NCBI GenBank assembly: GCA_903905685.1
Contig: CAIVHI010000319.1
Coordinates: 1-39,568, forward strand
Length of the DNA: 39,568 bases
Direction of reading: 5' to 3'
Source of the DNA: an uncultured Bacteroidota bacterium
GTDB lineage: Bacteria > Bacteroidota > Bacteroidia > Chitinophagales > Chitinophagaceae
Shown here: positions 35,619 through 39,568 of the stretch, in pieces
How the letters are laid out: the number at the start of each line of letters is the position of its first letter
Numbering within the stretch: position 1 is the stretch's first letter
Made by a program: the position numbers and the translations under genes
The notes under the pieces: model-generated
Databases searched by the model: none
Seen by the model: the letters and a program-made list of their open reading frames with translations, nothing else
Told to the model about the DNA's origin: nothing

Positions 35619-36599
35619 TTACCTCATCATTTCCTCGTAGACGTTCAAATAATCTTGGGCAATTTTTTCGTGGTGGAACCGCTTGATATTTTGGCGACCG
35701 GCCAGTACCAGCTCATCGTAGCGGCCACGATTGTTGGCCAGTTCCATAATGGCCTGCCTGATTTCTTCCACGTTGTGTGGGTCTACCAGCAATGCCGACG
35801 CTTCTGCTACTTCCTTCATGGCGCCGCTATTGCTCGTAATTACAGGTCTACCCACCGACTGTGCTTCGATGATTGGCATGCCGAATCCTTCTACAAACGA
35901 AGCAAAAAACAGCATGTCGCAGGAAACGTATCGTTCGTTAATCCCTTCGTCGGTAAGCCCATTGTAAATCGTGTAAGAGATGCCATATTCCTTCAGGCGA
36001 TTGATAATGGCTTCGGCTACAAATGCTACAATGTCTAAGTGAACGTTCAGACCGCGCACCGCCTCAATAAGGTTGGGCAGGTTTTTATGTTGTGCCGAGC
36101 CTATTTGCAATATGCGGGGTATGGGGTTGATGTTTACCTTCGGAACGTACTCGAATATCGGCTTTACGGGGTCGTAAACAATCTTTATTCGCTCTGCGGG
36201 GTAGTCGAAATTTGATAGCAGGTGGTCTTTCGTAAATTGGGAAATGGCTGTTACGTAGGTGGCGTTTCTTAATGGGAAATAAAACCAAAAATAGTGGTAG
36301 AGGGCGTGTTTTAACTTTTGACTACGGATTTTTTCATAGTGAACGAGGTCGTGAATCGTCAAGAGGTTTTTTCGTCCCGGTAGGCCTATCAACAAAAAAT
36401 GAACATCGCCGGTAACATGGTTGATGTCGCCGGCATATTTGCGGATTCGCAGAATGTTGGCGAGCCGCGAGTGGGTAGGGTCGAGGTTGTAGTCTCCAAT
36501 TTCGATTCTACCCTTTAGGCTCGCCTTAATCAAGTTGAATATCCCTTCAATCGAAAATCCGGTTTTTCGTGGTTCCCGGTTGATGTATACTACTTTCAA
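35619..36599 (-). CDS. GT4 family glycosyltransferase
   Basis: TIHDL, HKNL, SFVEGFGMPIIEAQSVGRPVITSN; TTG start. Confidence 0.9.
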   Translation of the reverse strand: MKVVYINREPRKTGFSIEGIFNLIKASLKGRIEIGDYNLDPTHSRLANILRIRKYAGDINHVTGDVHFLLIGLPGRKNLLTIHDLVHYEKIRSQKLKHALYHYFWFYFPLRNATYVTAISQFTKDHLLSNFDYPAERIKIVYDPVKPIFEYVPKVNINPIPRILQIGSAQHKNLPNLIEAVRGLNVHLDIVAFVAEAIINRLKEYGISYTIYNGLTDEGINERYVSCDMLFFASFVEGFGMPIIEAQSVGRPVITSNSGAMKEVAEASALLVDPHNVEEIRQAIMELANNRGRYDELVLAGRQNIKRFHHEKIAQDYLNVYEEMMR

Positions 36600-36900
36600 G
36601 ATTTGCAGAAATTATAAATTTAAAGCCGAAAATGGAAAGGTTGCATAGGTACCGCCCATCGTTTTTCCCGCAACTAAGGTAAACCGATACCGGTGGAAAG
36701 GCAAATTACGTTTCCAATTCCATCAAAAGCCTTGCCCATCAACTCGGGTTCTGCGCCATTTTTTTAGTGACACTGCGTCATGGTGCCTATTTTACAGGTC
36801 ACGGGATAGAACTGGCCATGGGCATACACGGTTCGGAACGCCTAAAATTTCATTTCATCTACAATAGGCCGCAACAAGAAGGCTGGATGGGGATGGAAAA

Positions 36901-39240
36901 TTATGCGTGTTGCATCACCCTCGGTTTCAGGTTTTTCTTTGGCAATTTGGCGCTCAAAGCCTTTTCCATAGTCAGCCGGGCCATCAGGTAGCTCACCGTA
37001 GATTCTGCGCCTTGGTTCAGGTTCACATAATTTTCTTCCAAGCCATCGTAGCAGCCGCCGGTTGCAGGGTTGTAAATAATTTGGTGCAGGTGATTGTGAC
37101 CTAGAAACCAATTGAAGGCCGTCTCCATCTTCTTGCCATACCCTGCATTCTTGAAGAGGTCGTCCAGCTTGTCTAATGCCAGAATGGTGTAGGCAATTTC
37201 AATGGGTTGCTCGCCCCCGTTGGTCCTTTCGTCTTGGTCGGATTCCCTACTGAGCCAGTTCTTATTGGAAATCGTCTTTATGCCGGTAGGGGTAAACGTT
37301 TTATTAATCAGGAAATCGAATCCCGATAGGGCAATATCGCGGTAGGTTTCATTGCCCACAACCATCCAAGCGCAAAGTAAGGCTTCGGGTAAGATGCTGT
37401 TGGCATAGGTGAGGTACCCTTCAAACCACTGCCATTTTTCATCGGCCTCATGACGGTACATCTGCACGAGCCGGTCTGCAAACTCGGTAATCAGTTTGGT
37501 ATTTGAGGCCGACGGACTGTCGAGGTGGCCGTAATACAAACCCTTTATGATGAAAGCCATAGCCCTTGTTGAATGGATTCCGTTCAAAATCGGCATAGCC
37601 CGCGTAAGGATGGTTTCGGCAAGCACCACGACTTCTGCCGGGAGAATGGCACGCTTGGATATGCAATAGCCAAGGGCCCAAATGGCCCGCCCGTTGGAAT
37701 CGGCCAAATTGGTGGAGAAGTTTTGGGCTGTAAATTGGCCCGATTCGTCCACATAATTCAGGAAGTTTCCTCCTGGCTGCAGACAGAAGGCAATAAAATC
37801 CAAATAGATTTGAAGTAATGGTAAACTATCTGCGTCGTCGGTAAGTTCAAAGTATTGACACATGGCTATCAATGCCCGGGCATTGTCGTCGAGCGTATAG
37901 CCGGAAGTGATGTCTGGGCGGCTTAGAAAGGCGAACTGCACGATGCCGAAACCGGTAGTCATACGTTTGAGGTGCGCCAAATTTATTTCGGGCACATTGT
38001 ACTTCCGTAATTCAAATGCTCCCATCACTTTTTCAAACAGGTGCACGTGGGCAATGGCCGAATTTTCCCAAGCCGTTGCAGCCATACGGTGTAGTCCGTT
38101 CAAGCTGATGTTCATGCGGTATTGCCCATCTGCCAGTAATAGGTTGACCGCATTGGCCAGTTGTTGGGGATTTTCGAAATCGATGATAATACCGGCATCG
38201 TTTTGCAACACCTCACGTGCATGTGGAATGGGAGTGGAGACGATTGGACATCCACAACCTGCGGCATACGAGAACGTACCACTTACGGCTTGGTTGGGGT
38301 CTTTGGAGGTAAACAGGTAGATGTCGGTAAGTTGCAGGTATTCCAACAAGATGGGGAGCGGCAGGAAGCTGTCTACAAAACGCACGTGTAGTTGCAGCCT
38401 CAACTCTTCAACAATAGCGCTCAACATCTCGCGGTAAATTTCTCCGTCCTGCCTGATGATGGAAGGGTGTGTTTTGCCGATGATGAGGAAAAGGATGTCG
38501 GGGTTTTCGGCAATCACCCTTGGCAAGGCCTGAAGGGTGGTCTCGATGTTCTTCCCGGAACTCAACAACCCAAAGGTGGACAGCACCGTTCTGCCCGCCA
38601 CACCATACTTGTGTTTCAAATGGGTTTTGTCGGAGAAGGAAACCAAGTGCGTGCCATGCGGAATGACGGCTATTTTGTGCAAGGGTATGCAGTATTCTTC
38701 TGTCAGGATCGTAGCCGATGTGTGGGTCATCACCACTATATCCTGTGATAGGCTTGCTATCAGCCGAACATTGGTTTTGAAGAGGATGTCTGCACCCGGC
38801 AATACGGTATGGAAGACGGTCACGATGGGCTTCGATAACGCTTTCAACAATCCGATGAAGTGCGCCTCGTTGCCTTGAAAAAAACCGAATTCGTGCTGTA
38901 CTACAACCAAGCCTATAGATGCCTTGCCGTTGATGTGTTCTGCCAAATCTCGATAACATTCGGCATGGCGGGTATTCCAAGTGCAGGTCACGTCTTTGCC
39001 ATAACGGTGCTGTTCCGTATCGGTCTCGAGAGCGCAGATGCTTATTTTGAACGCCCCCATAAATTGCGTACGTAGTGCCCGAATGATATCTTGCGAATAG
39101 GTGGCTATGCCGCATTCACGTGGTGGGTAAGACGTGATGAACAGGATTTCGGGAATCTGTCCGTTTTTGGAACTTAACCGGTTGGATCTTCCTGCACCGG
39201 CGTGTAGGTAAGGCTTTGATGGCCCAATTTGAACTATCAT
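36901..39240 (-). CDS. GT4 glycosyltransferase fused to a C-terminal (alpha/alpha)6-barrel-like domain
   Basis: SYPPRECGIATY, QHEFG, FGLLSSGKNIE, QAVSGTFSYA (GT4); GYTLDDNARALI, DSNGRAIWALG, GGCYDGL...NLNQGAESTVSYL (C-terminal domain). Confidence 0.85.
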   Translation of the reverse strand: MIVQIGPSKPYLHAGAGRSNRLSSKNGQIPEILFITSYPPRECGIATYSQDIIRALRTQFMGAFKISICALETDTEQHRYGKDVTCTWNTRHAECYRDLAEHINGKASIGLVVVQHEFGFFQGNEAHFIGLLKALSKPIVTVFHTVLPGADILFKTNVRLIASLSQDIVVMTHTSATILTEEYCIPLHKIAVIPHGTHLVSFSDKTHLKHKYGVAGRTVLSTFGLLSSGKNIETTLQALPRVIAENPDILFLIIGKTHPSIIRQDGEIYREMLSAIVEELRLQLHVRFVDSFLPLPILLEYLQLTDIYLFTSKDPNQAVSGTFSYAAGCGCPIVSTPIPHAREVLQNDAGIIIDFENPQQLANAVNLLLADGQYRMNISLNGLHRMAATAWENSAIAHVHLFEKVMGAFELRKYNVPEINLAHLKRMTTGFGIVQFAFLSRPDITSGYTLDDNARALIAMCQYFELTDDADSLPLLQIYLDFIAFCLQPGGNFLNYVDESGQFTAQNFSTNLADSNGRAIWALGYCISKRAILPAEVVVLAETILTRAMPILNGIHSTRAMAFIIKGLYYGHLDSPSASNTKLITEFADRLVQMYRHEADEKWQWFEGYLTYANSILPEALLCAWMVVGNETYRDIALSGFDFLINKTFTPTGIKTISNKNWLSRESDQDERTNGGEQPIEIAYTILALDKLDDLFKNAGYGKKMETAFNWFLGHNHLHQIIYNPATGGCYDGLEENYVNLNQGAESTVSYLMARLTMEKALSAKLPKKNLKPRVMQHA

Positions 39241-39251
39241 GATTTTAGATT

Positions 39252-39566
39252 TTACTTGGTTATATAAAGCATCAATTCCTGAATGAGCCCCGATAGCGAC
39301 ACCGACGCAAACGCTATTTTGTCGTCGGCCGCGCCGTAGTATATGAAGAGCCTATCGGCAATCACGATGGCTCCTGTTGGGAAGCATACGTTGTTGACGA
39401 CTCCCGTCATCTCCCAGTCGCTTTGAGGCACAAATAGCGGGTATGGCAGGCGGGAAATTTCTTTTTGGGGCTCGTCGAGGTCGAGCATGGCGGCACAGGC
39501 GGAGTAAACATAGCCGTTTACGGTATCGTGCACGCCGTGGTATATCATGAGCCAGCCTTGCACGGT
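39252..39566 (-). CDS. GH130-family glycoside phosphorylase/hydrolase, 5'-truncated by the window edge
   Basis: GWLMIYHGV, LDLDEP, WE..GVVNNVCFPTGA, IYYGAAD beta-propeller motifs; frame open to the window end. Confidence 0.85.
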   Translation of the reverse strand, partial: TVQGWLMIYHGVHDTVNGYVYSACAAMLDLDEPQKEISRLPYPLFVPQSDWEMTGVVNNVCFPTGAIVIADRLFIYYGAADDKIAFASVSLSGLIQELMLYITK

Positions 39567-39568
39567 AG

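Noticed and set aside
39252..39566. Pesticidal Cry-protein label sometimes attached to this protein family
   Set aside because: The motifs are those of a GH130 beta-propeller, with nothing toxin-like

Overview
A 39.6 kb chromosomal window from a Bacteroidota bacterium, probably Chitinophagales-like. This rests on a T9SS C-terminal domain, repeated TAnnTTTG -7 promoters, a type B L31 gene, the Bacteroidetes alternative GlmU-like gene and an AmgK-RapZ-like fusion. Most genes are housekeeping or envelope genes: dNK, trpS, TonB receptor, ALDH7, rpmE2, tpiA, hbd, lpxH, sixA, rel, slyD, namZ. Accessory conflict-related material is interspersed. About 6.5-13.4 kb holds a GmrSD-type nuclease, a frameshifted RHS-core remnant, an intact two-gene cassette (ABC-type ATPase plus small PD-(D/E)xK nuclease) between divergent GH125 and GH92 mannosidase genes, and a DUF1016/YhcG remnant. 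At 34.2-35.55 kb is a cytoplasmic class III nucleotide cyclase with non-canonical specificity residues, fused to an FGE-sulfatase (C-type-lectin-fold) domain. Its 3' end has the NNY codon signature expected of a diversity-generating retroelement variable region, but no RT or template repeat is in the window. Also notable: tandem bacterial TMTC-like (DUF1736/TPR) glycosyltransferases, a cutinase/PETase-like hydrolase and a GH130 plus GT4-barrel-fusion operon. I saw no rRNA, tRNA, CRISPR array, transposase or integrase. All family calls come from motif recognition by eye, not database searches.
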